Shown one piece after another: positions 1-9,961 of a DNA stretch of 64,000 bases. A program made the translations under genes and the position numbers. The DNA comes from an uncultured Thermodesulfobacteriota bacterium (lineage in GTDB: Bacteria > Desulfobacterota > DSWW01). The notes below the pieces were generated by a model. That model was given only the letters and a program-made list of their open reading frames with translations, was not told the DNA's origin and made no database searches. The stretch covers positions 159 through 64,158 of the forward strand of contig CAYZMM010000035.1 in the NCBI GenBank assembly GCA_964479535.1. The letters are read 5' to 3'. Every line of letters starts with the position of its first letter. Position 1 is the first letter of the stretch.

Positions 1-188
1 TCTACCATGTGAGGCGGTTTTGATCAGGTTTCCTCTTGGCGTACCATATACCTGAAAACCGTCTTCCCGGCTCTATCTGCGGACTCTACCCGCGAACGGA
101 TCCCGGGCCTTAGTCATTGCGCTTTTCGCATTCTGTCCCTCCCGCAGCCCGTTCTCCGGGAAAAGGCGCGGCCGGGGAGTGGGTAGAT

Positions 189-395
189 CTAGAAGCCGGT
201 GATCGAGTACGCCTGGATGCCCTTGTAGAGTACGGCGCCGAGATAGCACACGACCACCACCGTGGCGGCGACCATGCCGGCTTCCGCGATTCTCTCCGCC
301 GTGAGTCTGCTTCTCACCCAGTCCCGGATCGCCCCAAGGTCCAGGTGAGGGGTGAACACCTCGTGCCTGCGAATTGCGTTTCCGTTGCTCCTCAT
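189..395 (-). CDS. small hypothetical membrane protein (68 aa, one TM helix)
   Basis: Strong AGGAGG RBS upstream of ATG; hydrophobic stretch AGMVAATVVVVCYLGAVLY. Confidence 0.6.
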   Translation of the reverse strand: MRSNGNAIRRHEVFTPHLDLGAIRDWVRSRLTAERIAEAGMVAATVVVVCYLGAVLYKGIQAYSITGF

Positions 396-586
396 GATCC
401 TTCCCTCCTTCTCTGTTTTCCCTGTTGCGCGCAGAACGCAGCAACAGCCGTGCCAACGGGAAGCGGGACGGATAACCTGCTGTAAAGTGGAGGTTCTGCC
501 GGGCGACGGCCGTCGGCCGGGAACGGGAGGCCTGTCATGGAGATTGACAGGGAAGATACAAGATGGACAGACCGGGAGAGGGGCCT

Positions 587-2293
587 TCAGCCGAGTTCCT
601 TCTCGAGCTCCTCCTTCATCACCTTACCGGTCGCCGTCATCGGAAGCTGATGGAGAATCCGGATCTCGGGCACCTTGTAGCCGGCCATGTTCTCTCTGCA
701 CCAGCCGGTCAGGTCCTCTTCGCCGATCCGACCTTCGTATCCGGGGGCGAGTATGATGAAGGCGACCGGAACCTGACCTTTGACCGGGTCGTCCCGGCCG
801 ATGACTCCGCTGCCTGCGACCGCGGGGTGCTGCCCCAGGAGGGTCTCGATCTCCGCGGGGAAGACGCTCATCCCCTTCACCTTGAGCATCTCCTTGTTCC
901 GGCCCAGGTAGTGGATGAACCCTTCTTCGTCGATCATTCCGATATCCCCGGTGTGGAACCAGCCGTCCCCGGACGGGTCGCGATCCGCCTCGGTCTTGTT
1001 CCAGTAGGCCTTGAAAAGAGAAGGGGTGCGGATCACCATCTCCCCCTCCTTGCCGTGGGGCAGCAATTCGCCTGTATCGAAATCAACGATCTTGAACTGC
1101 GTGCCGGGAATCGGCAGGCCCGCAAAGAGGGGCCTGGACTTCAGGTCCATATCGTCGGACTGCAATCCGGTCGTGAAGGTGTCGTTCGTGTGGGTTTCCG
1201 TCATGCCGTAGCCGGCTTCCCGTATTTCGCTGCCGGTCAGCTCTTTCCAGCGGCGTCGATAGTCCACGTTCAGCTTCTTGACAAAGGAGACCCCGAGCGT
1301 GACGCGCAGGGACGTGAGATCGAACCCGCCCACCCCCGGATGCTCCATCAGTTCGACCATGTTGTCCACGAGGCCCACGATCGATGTCGCCCTGTAGTGG
1401 TCGATCGCCTTCATGGCCGCCACGGGATCCCAGCGGGCGAGCAGGATCTCGGTGATCCCGCCCAGCACGGGGAACAGGACGCCCGCATTCTCGCCGGCGA
1501 TCCAGAAGATGGGCAGGTACGTCAGAAATGCATCCCCTGGGCCCGCTTGCCCGCCGGTCGTGAAGGTATGGATGGAGGCTGCCGTGTAGAGCATGTCTCT
1601 GTGGGTGTGTTCGCACCCTTTGGGCATACCCGTCGTGCCCCCTGTGTAGTTCAGGGCGGCCACATCGTCCAGCCCGATCTCCAGGTCAGGGGGTTCCGGA
1701 CCGTAGTCCTCGAGCACGTCCGTCAGGTCGAGCGTGCCGGGACATTCCGTGGCCGGCAGCCCGGCGATGTCCGGAACGGGAATCAAAGGGTCCGCCGGGA
1801 TGAAATCGGAAAGCCTCGTGATGACCACCGTCTCGAGGGTCGTACGGTCCCGTGTCGCCTCGATCAGGGGAAAGAGCAGGTCCAGGGCCACCATGAGCCT
1901 CGGTTCGGCGTCGTTCATCTCGTAGAGGAACTCGTGCTCCTTGAAGAGCGGATTCACGGGTACGTGAATGCACCCTGCCTTCAGGATTCCGTAGAAGGCG
2001 ATCAGGAACTGGGGGCAGTTCGCCATCAGTACGGCTACCCGGTCGCCTTTCCCCAGGCCCCGGGCCGCGAGGAAAGAGGCGAACCGGTCGCTCCAGGCAT
2101 CGAGCTCTCCGAAGGTGATTTCCCGGCCGTAGAAGATGATCACCGGCCTGTCCGGGTGCAGCCGGGCCCGCTTCCGCAGGTACTCCCACAGGGGAATCTC
2201 GCCCAGAGGGTAGTCGACCTGCCGGGGCAGGCCGGCCGGCCAGTTCTTCGCCCAGAGTCTTTCCAGATCCTCGAGATACTGTTTTTCGTTCAT
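587..2293 (-). CDS. long-chain-fatty-acid--CoA ligase (AMP-binding)
   Basis: YTGGTTGMPKG, GYGMTE, FHTGD and LPMTATGK motifs; start moved to MNEKQ after GGAGG RBS. Confidence 0.9.
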   Translation of the reverse strand: MNEKQYLEDLERLWAKNWPAGLPRQVDYPLGEIPLWEYLRKRARLHPDRPVIIFYGREITFGELDAWSDRFASFLAARGLGKGDRVAVLMANCPQFLIAFYGILKAGCIHVPVNPLFKEHEFLYEMNDAEPRLMVALDLLFPLIEATRDRTTLETVVITRLSDFIPADPLIPVPDIAGLPATECPGTLDLTDVLEDYGPEPPDLEIGLDDVAALNYTGGTTGMPKGCEHTHRDMLYTAASIHTFTTGGQAGPGDAFLTYLPIFWIAGENAGVLFPVLGGITEILLARWDPVAAMKAIDHYRATSIVGLVDNMVELMEHPGVGGFDLTSLRVTLGVSFVKKLNVDYRRRWKELTGSEIREAGYGMTETHTNDTFTTGLQSDDMDLKSRPLFAGLPIPGTQFKIVDFDTGELLPHGKEGEMVIRTPSLFKAYWNKTEADRDPSGDGWFHTGDIGMIDEEGFIHYLGRNKEMLKVKGMSVFPAEIETLLGQHPAVAGSGVIGRDDPVKGQVPVAFIILAPGYEGRIGEEDLTGWCRENMAGYKVPEIRILHQLPMTATGKVMKEELEKELG

Positions 2294-2390
2294 CTCCACC
2301 TCCGAACGGGGGCCGTCCCCCCGGTTGGCTGAAGGGACACCAGTATACATCCGGCGCAGCAGGAGAACCAAGGGGGAGAGGAAAAGGAGC

Positions 2391-2420
2391 TTGACAAGGA
2401 CTCTTGAACCCTCCTACATT
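2391..2420 (+). promoter_or_regulatory. putative sigma70 promoter for the acyl-CoA synthetase operon
   Basis: TTGACA-18 nt-TACATT upstream of ATG 2454. Confidence 0.45.
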
Positions 2421-2453
2421 CCAGAACACGTAACCACGGATAAGGGGGGAACC

Positions 2454-4292
2454 ATGGGCGACCAGGAGAAACCGGGACCGGGCGCAGTCCTCAAGCTCAC
2501 CGATATCTTGCCGGGGCTTCTGTCCCTTTCCTGGCGAATTCCATCGATCCTGAAGACCATGCGAGGGATTCTGGGCTTTCGGAACGACAGCCCCATGTCG
2601 ATGGGGACCACCCTCGAAGGGAACGCGGAGAAGTACCCTGACCACACTGCGATCCTGTACGAGGATGTCCGGCTCACCCACAGGGAATTCAACAGCAGAA
2701 TCAATCAGCACGCCCATTTCCTCGTATCCCGGGGGGTGGCCAGGGGAGACGTCGCTCTCGTCCTTGTGGACAACCGGCCCGAGTTGCTGATGATCATCGG
2801 GGCGTTGTCGAAGCTCGGTGCGGTCGCATCTCTGATCAACCCGAACCTCCGGGGCAAGGTTCTTCTCTACAGCATCCGCCTGACACGGGGCAACACCTTC
2901 ATCGTGGGCGAGGAACTGCTGGAGGCCTTCGAGGAAATCAAGGAGGAATGCCAGCTTGGCGGCGAAGACCGGCTCTGCTACCAGCCGGAAACCGGTCGGG
3001 TCGCGGCCCCGGACGGATACGAGAACCTTGAGGAGGCGATCCGGGACCAACCCACGAGCAACCCGGACACCACCGGCGGGATCGAGCTCGGTGATCCCTT
3101 CGCCTATGTGTTCACCTCCGGAACCACGGGACTGCCCAAGGCCTCGGTTCAGACCCACCGGCGCTGGTTCAGCGGCATGTACTGGTTCGGAAGGATCGTC
3201 ATGAACCTCAAGCCGGAGGATGTCTACTACTGCCCTCTGCCCTTCTGCCACACGAACGGCCTGCACGTTGCCTGGGGGGCGGCCGCGGGCTGCGGCACGG
3301 CCCTTGCCATCCGGCAGCGCTTTTCCGCGAGCCAGTTCTGGGAGGACACCCGCAAGTTCAACGCGAACGCCTTCATCTACGTGGGGGAGGTGTGCCGCTA
3401 CCTGATGAACCAGCCGCCCCGGCCGCACGATCGTGACAACCCGATCGAGATGATGGTCGGCAACGGGCTGCGGCCCGACATCTGGAAGGCCTTCAAGGAG
3501 AGGTTCGGTATCTCGAAGGCATACGAGCTCTACGGGGCCGCCGAAGCCCCTCTGATCTTCTCCAACATCCTGAACGTGGACTGCACGGTCGGCACGTGCC
3601 TGACGCCCTATGCGATCGTCGAGTATGACCTGGAGGCGGACGAACCGTTTCGGGGCGGGGACGGGTTCATGAACAAGGTGGCCCCCGGGGGAAGCGGTCT
3701 GCTCCTGGCGGAGATATCCGAGTCCATGCCCTTCAGCGGCTACACCGAGAAAGAGGAGACGGAGCGGAAGATCTTCCGTGACGTCTTCGAGAAAGGGGAT
3801 GTCTGGTTCAACAGCGGGGACCTGGTCCTGAACCAGGGTTACAGGCACATCCAGTTCGCGGACCGACTCGGCGACACCTTCCGCTGGAAGGGGGAGAACG
3901 TGTCGACCTCCGAGGTGGAAAAGGTGGTGAACAGCCTGGATCAGGTCGAGGAGTCGACCGTGTACGGCGTCCGGATCCCGGGAACGGACGGCCGCGCCGG
4001 CATGGTGGCCATCATTCCCAGTACGACCGTGGAGGCGTTCGACCTGAAGGCCCTGGCGGAGACCGTGCGCACGGCCCTGCCCTCCTACGCGGCGCCGAAG
4101 TTCGTTCGTTTCAAGCAGGCATTCGAAACAACGGGAACCCACAAGATCAAGAAGAAGGTTCTCCGGGACGAGGGTTTCGACCCGAAGGTGGTGGCCGACC
4201 CGCTGTACGTGCTCCTGCCCGAGGCGATTGCGTACGAGCCCCTGACCGAGGAACTGTATCAGGAGGTGGTGTCGGGCAAGCATCGCTTATAG
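2454..4292 (+). CDS. long-chain acyl-CoA synthetase, FATP/FadD6-like
   Basis: FTSGTTGLPK, YVGEVCRYL, GNGLRPDIW, DRLGDTFRWKGENVST (FATP signature). Confidence 0.9.
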   Translation: MGDQEKPGPGAVLKLTDILPGLLSLSWRIPSILKTMRGILGFRNDSPMSMGTTLEGNAEKYPDHTAILYEDVRLTHREFNSRINQHAHFLVSRGVARGDVALVLVDNRPELLMIIGALSKLGAVASLINPNLRGKVLLYSIRLTRGNTFIVGEELLEAFEEIKEECQLGGEDRLCYQPETGRVAAPDGYENLEEAIRDQPTSNPDTTGGIELGDPFAYVFTSGTTGLPKASVQTHRRWFSGMYWFGRIVMNLKPEDVYYCPLPFCHTNGLHVAWGAAAGCGTALAIRQRFSASQFWEDTRKFNANAFIYVGEVCRYLMNQPPRPHDRDNPIEMMVGNGLRPDIWKAFKERFGISKAYELYGAAEAPLIFSNILNVDCTVGTCLTPYAIVEYDLEADEPFRGGDGFMNKVAPGGSGLLLAEISESMPFSGYTEKEETERKIFRDVFEKGDVWFNSGDLVLNQGYRHIQFADRLGDTFRWKGENVSTSEVEKVVNSLDQVEESTVYGVRIPGTDGRAGMVAIIPSTTVEAFDLKALAETVRTALPSYAAPKFVRFKQAFETTGTHKIKKKVLRDEGFDPKVVADPLYVLLPEAIAYEPLTEELYQEVVSGKHRL

Positions 4293-4317
4293 TGTTGTGT
4301 CTCAGAAATACCTTTAC
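4290..4317 (+). repeat. isolated MITE/IS-end-like repeat, copy 1
   Basis: GTGTTGTGTCTCAGAAATACCTTTAC is 25/26 identical to 22228-22253; overlaps the TAG stop of the upstream gene. Confidence 0.7.
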
Positions 4318-4361
4318 ACATTCGAGCGGGGCAAGGACAGCGCAGATCAGGGGAGGAAACC

Positions 4362-5936
4362 GTGAAGGTCAACTTCGGGACCATGCTCCTACAAGTGGCC
4401 AGACAATTCGCAGACAAGGAAGTTCTGGTCAACATCGACCGGGGCAGACGGTTCACGTTCATGGAGCTGCACCGTCTGACGAACCGTATCTGCAACATGC
4501 TCAGGGACCGCTGTGGGATGGTTCGAGGGGACATCTACGCCGGCCTCCTGGAAAACGACAATGTGGGCCTGCTCCTCCCGTGGATCTACAAGGCCGAGCC
4601 CGGAGGGGCATGGCTCAATTACCGTGATTCCTATGAGGAGCACCTGTGGCAGATCGATCACGTGAACCCGCGGCTCATGTTCATGGAGAATGCACTCCTG
4701 GACACCTATTACGATGCCCTCCGCGCACGGGGCGTGGAGATCATCTGCATGGATCCTCTGGACAGGGAGATCGAGGGGGTCCGTTGCCTGTGGGAACTGC
4801 TCGAGGGCGTATCGGATGCGGAGACGAATGTCGTTCACGATCGGGACGAAGACATCCTGGTGTACCGGTTCACGGGCGGGACTACGGGCAAGGGGAAGTG
4901 CGCCATGTACACCCTGGGCAACTTCCTGGCAGCCATGAATCAGGTCCACTCCCACCCGGAGAATCTGGTGGGACAGGAGATCCGGCACCTTCACATCACG
5001 CCGCTGAGCCATGCAAGCGGCATGTTCGTGCTGCCGATCTATTTCAAGGGCGGCACCCAGCTGACCTTGAACCTTCCTGATCTGCACCAGTTCTGCATGT
5101 CCATCCAGGACGAAAAGGTCACGTCCACCTTCATGGTCCCCACCCTGCTCTACCGTTTCCTGGAGTTCGAGGTGGAGAAACAGTATGACCTTTCAAGCCT
5201 GGATCTGGTCTTCTACGGCGCTTCGCCGATGAGCGTGGAGAAGCTCAAGGGCCTGCAGACCAAGTTCGGCAACGTCTTCGTCCAGGTCTACGGCGCCACC
5301 GAGGCCGTCCCCCCGGTCATCGTGCTCGGAAAAGCGGAGCACCTCGTGACCTCGGAGGAGGAGGCGATCCGCCTCGGATCCGCAGGCTCTCCGCTGGCCG
5401 GGGTGGAGATCCGGATCGCCGATGAACAAGGAGGGGAGGTGCCCACGGGCGAGACAGGCGAGATCTGGATTCGGACCGCCGGAATTATCAAGGGCTATTA
5501 CAGGAACCCGGAACAGACCGCTGCCGAGTTCCAGGACGGCTACTGGAAATCGGGTGACGTGGGAACCACGGATGAGAAGGGTTATGTCTACATCGTGGAC
5601 AGGAAGAAGGACCTGATCATCAGCGGAGGCTTCAATGTCTATCCTGTGGAAGTGGAGGCGGCGTTGAACGGCCATCCGGCCGTGCTCATGTCCGCTGTGG
5701 TGGGCATCCCCGATCCGCACTGGGGCGAGGCGGTTCACGCGGAGGTGGTGCTGAAGGATGGAGCTCATCTCGACGAATCCGAGCTGATCCGGTTCTGCAA
5801 GGAAAAGAAGGCCAAGTACAAGGCTCCGAAATCGGTCACGTTCGTTCCCGAGCTGCCGCTCACGGCCGTCGGGAAGGTCCTGCGCCGCAAGGTGCGTGAG
5901 AAGTACTGGAAGGGAGAACAGCGAAAGGTACACTGA
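4362..5936 (+). CDS. acyl-CoA synthetase (class I adenylate-forming enzyme)
   Basis: FTGGTTGKGK, VYGATE, SGD, DRKKDLIISGG, LPLTAVGK; GTG start after GGAGG. Confidence 0.9.
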   Translation: MKVNFGTMLLQVARQFADKEVLVNIDRGRRFTFMELHRLTNRICNMLRDRCGMVRGDIYAGLLENDNVGLLLPWIYKAEPGGAWLNYRDSYEEHLWQIDHVNPRLMFMENALLDTYYDALRARGVEIICMDPLDREIEGVRCLWELLEGVSDAETNVVHDRDEDILVYRFTGGTTGKGKCAMYTLGNFLAAMNQVHSHPENLVGQEIRHLHITPLSHASGMFVLPIYFKGGTQLTLNLPDLHQFCMSIQDEKVTSTFMVPTLLYRFLEFEVEKQYDLSSLDLVFYGASPMSVEKLKGLQTKFGNVFVQVYGATEAVPPVIVLGKAEHLVTSEEEAIRLGSAGSPLAGVEIRIADEQGGEVPTGETGEIWIRTAGIIKGYYRNPEQTAAEFQDGYWKSGDVGTTDEKGYVYIVDRKKDLIISGGFNVYPVEVEAALNGHPAVLMSAVVGIPDPHWGEAVHAEVVLKDGAHLDESELIRFCKEKKAKYKAPKSVTFVPELPLTAVGKVLRRKVREKYWKGEQRKVH

Positions 5937-5948
5937 CGGAGGTTTCCC

Positions 5949-6407
5949 ATGAGCGCTGAGGCGAGAGTGAAAGAGCTGGGGCTGGAGCTTCCGGCCTCTG
6001 CAGCACCGGTCGGCAATTACGTTTCCGCTGTCCGTACCGGGAATCTGGTTTTTTTGTCCGGGCACGGCCCCGTCGGCAAGGACGGGATCGTCACGGGCAA
6101 GGTGGGCGGGGATCTGACGGTCGAGCAGGGCTACGAGGCGGCGAAGATCGTCGCCATCGGGCTTCTCGGATCCCTGAAAGACCTGATCGGCAGCCTCGAC
6201 AAGGTGAGCAGGGTCGTGAAGCTCCTCGGGATGGTCAACTGCGACGCGTCCTTCATGGACCAGCCCCAGGTGATCAACGGCGCTTCGGATCTCCTGGTGG
6301 AGGTCTTCGGGGAAAGCGGAAAGCACGCCCGGTCGGCGGTGGGGATGAACGCCCTGCCCTTCAACATTGCCGTGGAAATCGAGATGATCGTCGAGGTGGC
6401 GGACTAG
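5949..6407 (+). CDS. RidA/YjgF family protein
   Basis: GNLVFLSGHGP, INGASDLL..VFGE.GKHARSAVG..LP....VEIE. Confidence 0.9.
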   Translation: MSAEARVKELGLELPASAAPVGNYVSAVRTGNLVFLSGHGPVGKDGIVTGKVGGDLTVEQGYEAAKIVAIGLLGSLKDLIGSLDKVSRVVKLLGMVNCDASFMDQPQVINGASDLLVEVFGESGKHARSAVGMNALPFNIAVEIEMIVEVAD

Positions 6408-7135
6408 CCCGTAGTCGCCTGATCGACCATGCTCTTGAAATAGGCGTTGGCGCCCTCGACGAACTGCTCCTTGGTGAGCAGCTCCGCCGCCACGGCTTGT
6501 TCGGTCTCGGGGGATACCCGGCCGTCTTGCACCAGCTGCCCGCCCGCTTCCCGGGCGGCCTGATAGACGGCCTCCGCCTTCTCCGGCATCAGCTTTTCGG
6601 CCATTTCCAGGAACTCGCCCTCGGGACGGAGCAGCGCGCCCAACCATTCCGTCTTGCCGTGGCGGGCGATGACCCGGAAATGGGCCATCATTTCGTCGAA
6701 ATTGTCCAGCTCGTGAAACCCGCAGTTGGACACCACCACCATCCCCCTGTCCTGCTTCCTTTCCCGGGCCGGATGTGAGCAGTGCCCCTGGTCGTCCAGC
6801 TCGATGAAAGGCTCTGCGGACGGGATGATCCGGTCGAGAAGCAGCTTCATCTGCGCGGTCATTCCGAAGACGTACAGGGGCGTCGCATAGACGATCACAT
6901 CCGCGCCATCCATGGCAGGAAGCAGTTCGTTCATGTCATCTTTCTGGCAGCACGCTCCCGGCGTCTTGAGCCAGCAGGCATAGCAGCCGAGGCAAGGCTT
7001 GATCTCTTTGTCGTAGAGATACACGAGATCCACTTCGGCGCCTGCTTCCCGGGCCCCTTCGAGAAAGGGAAGCAGGATGCGGTTCGTGTTGCTCTTCTTC
7101 CTCCTCGGGCTTCCATTCAAGGCGAGGATGTTCAT
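6404..7135 (-). CDS. flavodoxin-like iron-sulfur flavoprotein / NADPH-dependent FMN reductase family
   Basis: LNGSPR, CLGCYAC-x6-CC, ATPLY..GMTAQMK..LDR. Confidence 0.85.
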   Translation of the reverse strand: MNILALNGSPRRKKSNTNRILLPFLEGAREAGAEVDLVYLYDKEIKPCLGCYACWLKTPGACCQKDDMNELLPAMDGADVIVYATPLYVFGMTAQMKLLLDRIIPSAEPFIELDDQGHCSHPARERKQDRGMVVVSNCGFHELDNFDEMMAHFRVIARHGKTEWLGALLRPEGEFLEMAEKLMPEKAEAVYQAAREAGGQLVQDGRVSPETEQAVAAELLTKEQFVEGANAYFKSMVDQATTG

Positions 7136-7168
7136 GGTCTCTTCCTTCCACCTCCGGCAAGAGGCTTC

Positions 7169-8062
7169 TCATGGGCCCCGTTCGTCTTCCGAGTCCCAGG
7201 GAAGCCGTTTTCCTTCTCTGGTGTACCGGTAAAAACCTTTGGCGACCTTCCTTCCCAGACGCCCCTCGTTGACCATCCCTTCCACCAGATCAAGACTCGG
7301 GACGAGGCGGTCTTCCCCGAGTGCCTTCATGGCCCGGCCGACCCGGAAGAACGTGTCGAGGCCTGCATTGTCAGCGATCTCGAAGGGGCCGATGTTCCAG
7401 CCCAGGCCCAGCCGCATGCCCGTGTCCACGTTCTCGGGGCTGGCAATGCCCTCCTCGACCAACTCCGTACACTCCCGGAACGCGGCGAAGAGGATGCGAT
7501 TGATCACGAACCCCGGGATGTCTCTGCGCACGGGAAGAGGCCACTTGCCGAGAGACCGAACAAAGGATACGCCGCGCTCAAAAACCGCCTCCGACGTCTC
7601 CCCACCCTTGACGACTTCCACGAGTGCCATGAACGGGACCGGACCGAAGAAGTGCAGCCCGAGCACCCTTTCCGGCCGCTGCGTCGCAGCGGCGAGCCGG
7701 GTGATCGGAATCGATGAGGTGTTGCTCGCCAGAGGCGTCTCGGCCGGCGCCAGGCGGTCCAGTTCTTCGAAAATCTCCTTCTTCAAGTCCTCCTCTTCGA
7801 ACACCGCCTCGACCACCCACTCCGCCTCGGCCGCCCTGGCCAGGCCCTGTTCCGGGCGAATTCGGTCGAGCACGGTCTCGGGCGATTCCTTCACCAACCC
7901 CTTCCCGGCCAGTTTCTCCACCGACCACTTGATTCCCCCCATGGATCGGTCCAGGGCTTTCGAATCGTTGTCGGACAGAAAGACCCGGCAGCCCGACTGG
8001 GCACACACCTGGGCGATGCCTGCTCCCATGAAGCCTGCACCGATCACGAGCACTTTTTCCAA
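7169..8062 (-). CDS. 3-hydroxyacyl-CoA (3-hydroxybutyryl-CoA) dehydrogenase
   Basis: VIGAGFMGAGIAQ, EAVFE, ASNTSSI, GLHFF, PGFVINR; TTG start behind GAGGAGG. Confidence 0.9.
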   Translation of the reverse strand: MEKVLVIGAGFMGAGIAQVCAQSGCRVFLSDNDSKALDRSMGGIKWSVEKLAGKGLVKESPETVLDRIRPEQGLARAAEAEWVVEAVFEEEDLKKEIFEELDRLAPAETPLASNTSSIPITRLAAATQRPERVLGLHFFGPVPFMALVEVVKGGETSEAVFERGVSFVRSLGKWPLPVRRDIPGFVINRILFAAFRECTELVEEGIASPENVDTGMRLGLGWNIGPFEIADNAGLDTFFRVGRAMKALGEDRLVPSLDLVEGMVNEGRLGRKVAKGFYRYTREGKRLPWDSEDERGP

Positions 8063-8118
8063 TGGTACCTCCTCGAATCGATTCACGTAGGGACGGAAAG
8101 GAGCCTCCAAGAGGGGTG

Positions 8119-9174
8119 TCAGCCGCCGGAGGCGATCTGCCAGCCCGTATCCGAGAGGAACCTCACATAGATACCGAAGGATTCCGCCTTGGCAGAGCTC
8201 GCGATTCCGTCGAGCCCTCTCTTGTACACGCCCTGCACGATGGCGGCCACTCGGAAGATACTGAAAGCGAGGAAAAAGCTCCAGTTCGGTATGGGGCCGT
8301 GGCCCATACGCCGGCAGTACGCGTCCACATAGTCTTCCTCGGAGGGAATCCCGAGGGCCTCGAGATCCAGACCGGCCAGGCCCAGGTTCGTGCCCGAGCC
8401 GGCCGGGAAGTGGTAGAGCATGCAGTTGTAGGCAAGGTCCGCCAGAGGGTGCCCGAGCGTGCAAAGCTCCCAGTCGAGGATGGCGACCACCCGTGGCTCG
8501 GAAGGGTGTATGACCATGTTCTCGAGGCGATAGTCGCCATGGACGATGGTGGTGGTCTCGTCGTCCGGGATGTTGTCGTTCAGCCAACGGATCAGGTTGT
8601 CCATGCTTTCGATATCGTCCGTCTTCGAGGCCTCGTACTGCCGGGTCCAGCGGTCCACCTGTCTCGCCATGTAGTTGCCCGACTTGCCGAAGTCCTCCAG
8701 CCCCACCGCCTTCACGTCCACCTTGTGGAGCTTCACCAGGGCATCGTTCATTGCATCGAAGACGGCCCCCCGCTCCTCCGGACGCGCGACCTCCGGCATG
8801 GAAGGGTTCCGGAAGATCCTTCCCACGGCCCGCTTCATGACATAGAAGGCCGTGCCGATCACCGAATCGTCCTCGCACAGCAGACAGGCCTCCGGGACCG
8901 GGACGTCCGTGTCCCGAAGCGCACTGATCACTCGATATTCCCGGTCCACCGCGTGGGCGGAGGGGAGCAGCTTCCCCGGAGGCTTCTTGCGAAGGACCCA
9001 CTCCCGGTCACCGGAGGTCAGCAGAAAAGTCGGATTGGACTGGCCCTGTCCGAACTGCTGGACCGTCAGAGGGCCTTCGAACCCCTCCAGGTGTTCCGCG
9101 AGGTACCCGGCAAGGGATGCCTCATCGAAAACATGGGCCGACCTGACAGGAATGATCTCTTCTTCTGTGCTCAT
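8119..9174 (-). CDS. APH-family phosphotransferase (ACAD10/11 N-terminal-like)
   Basis: GQSNPTF, LRKKPPGKLLPSAHAVDREY, HGDYRLEN, LDWEL. Confidence 0.9.
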   Translation of the reverse strand: MSTEEEIIPVRSAHVFDEASLAGYLAEHLEGFEGPLTVQQFGQGQSNPTFLLTSGDREWVLRKKPPGKLLPSAHAVDREYRVISALRDTDVPVPEACLLCEDDSVIGTAFYVMKRAVGRIFRNPSMPEVARPEERGAVFDAMNDALVKLHKVDVKAVGLEDFGKSGNYMARQVDRWTRQYEASKTDDIESMDNLIRWLNDNIPDDETTTIVHGDYRLENMVIHPSEPRVVAILDWELCTLGHPLADLAYNCMLYHFPAGSGTNLGLAGLDLEALGIPSEEDYVDAYCRRMGHGPIPNWSFFLAFSIFRVAAIVQGVYKRGLDGIASSAKAESFGIYVRFLSDTGWQIASGG

Positions 9175-9376
9175 ACGTCTTTCCTCGGCTGCGGGTTGGA
9201 TTAGAGCAAGTCTAAGCGCCTGCTCCGCCCCCGTCAAGGGCACGGGAGACCGAGCCGGCATCCCTTTCCACGGGCCCGTGCAACCGGACGCGCCCGTGGA
9301 GCGACGTAACCTTTGAGGCCTCGGACCGATCACCCAACATTCGAATCGTCAACCATCTACAAGGGAGGAAGGAAGA

Positions 9377-9880
9377 ATGAAGAAGCTGCTCATCGCTACG
9401 GTGACAATGGCCGTCCTTTCCGGAACCGCCTATGCAATGGCGGGACATGGAATGCACGGAATGGGCGGGCCGGGCGCCCACTTCGGCGAGGGCCTGCTGC
9501 GGGCCCTGATCCGCCTCGACCTCACGGAGGAGCAGAAACACCAGTCCGCGCTGATCCTGTCGAAATACCGGGACGACGGCACGGAGCTGCGCGAGGACCT
9601 TCGGCGGGCCATGGACGCACTCCGGACCGCTGTGGAGGCCGAGCCACTGGATGAGCGGGCCGTTCGAGCAGCCTTCAGCGGGGTAGCCGCTGCAGGCGAG
9701 GAGATGGCTGTACACGGGGCCAAGCTTGTTGCAGAATTGAAGGGAATCCTGACGCCGGAGCAGAAGGCCTCCCTGGAAGAGAACAAAGCCTCGCGGCACC
9801 AGAAGCGCAGACACCGGATGGAAAATCGGAGGTCCTTCCTGGACGAATGGATCGAGACGCACGCACAACCGTCCCCGTAG
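9377..9880 (+). CDS. Spy/CpxP family periplasmic chaperone-like protein
   Basis: Sec signal peptide, Gly/His/Met-rich N-terminus, LTEEQ and LTPEQ (LTxxQ) motifs. Confidence 0.85.
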   Translation: MKKLLIATVTMAVLSGTAYAMAGHGMHGMGGPGAHFGEGLLRALIRLDLTEEQKHQSALILSKYRDDGTELREDLRRAMDALRTAVEAEPLDERAVRAAFSGVAAAGEEMAVHGAKLVAELKGILTPEQKASLEENKASRHQKRRHRMENRRSFLDEWIETHAQPSP

Positions 9881-9961
9881 CCCATTGCATTCTCGGAGCG
9901 GCCCGGCAGGCGACGGCCGGGCCGCTGTCTACGGTGCCTCTGGACCCTGGAGCCCTTCACT

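Noticed and set aside
563-4283. Long ORFs 563-2332 (+) and 1686-4283 (-)
   Set aside because: Antisense shadows of well-supported acyl-CoA ligases; typical of high-GC codon bias
7169-9001. 610-aa ORF suggesting a fused hydroxyacyl-CoA dehydrogenase
   Set aside because: The upstream part overlaps the kinase in another frame; the real start is TTG 8062 with a strong RBS
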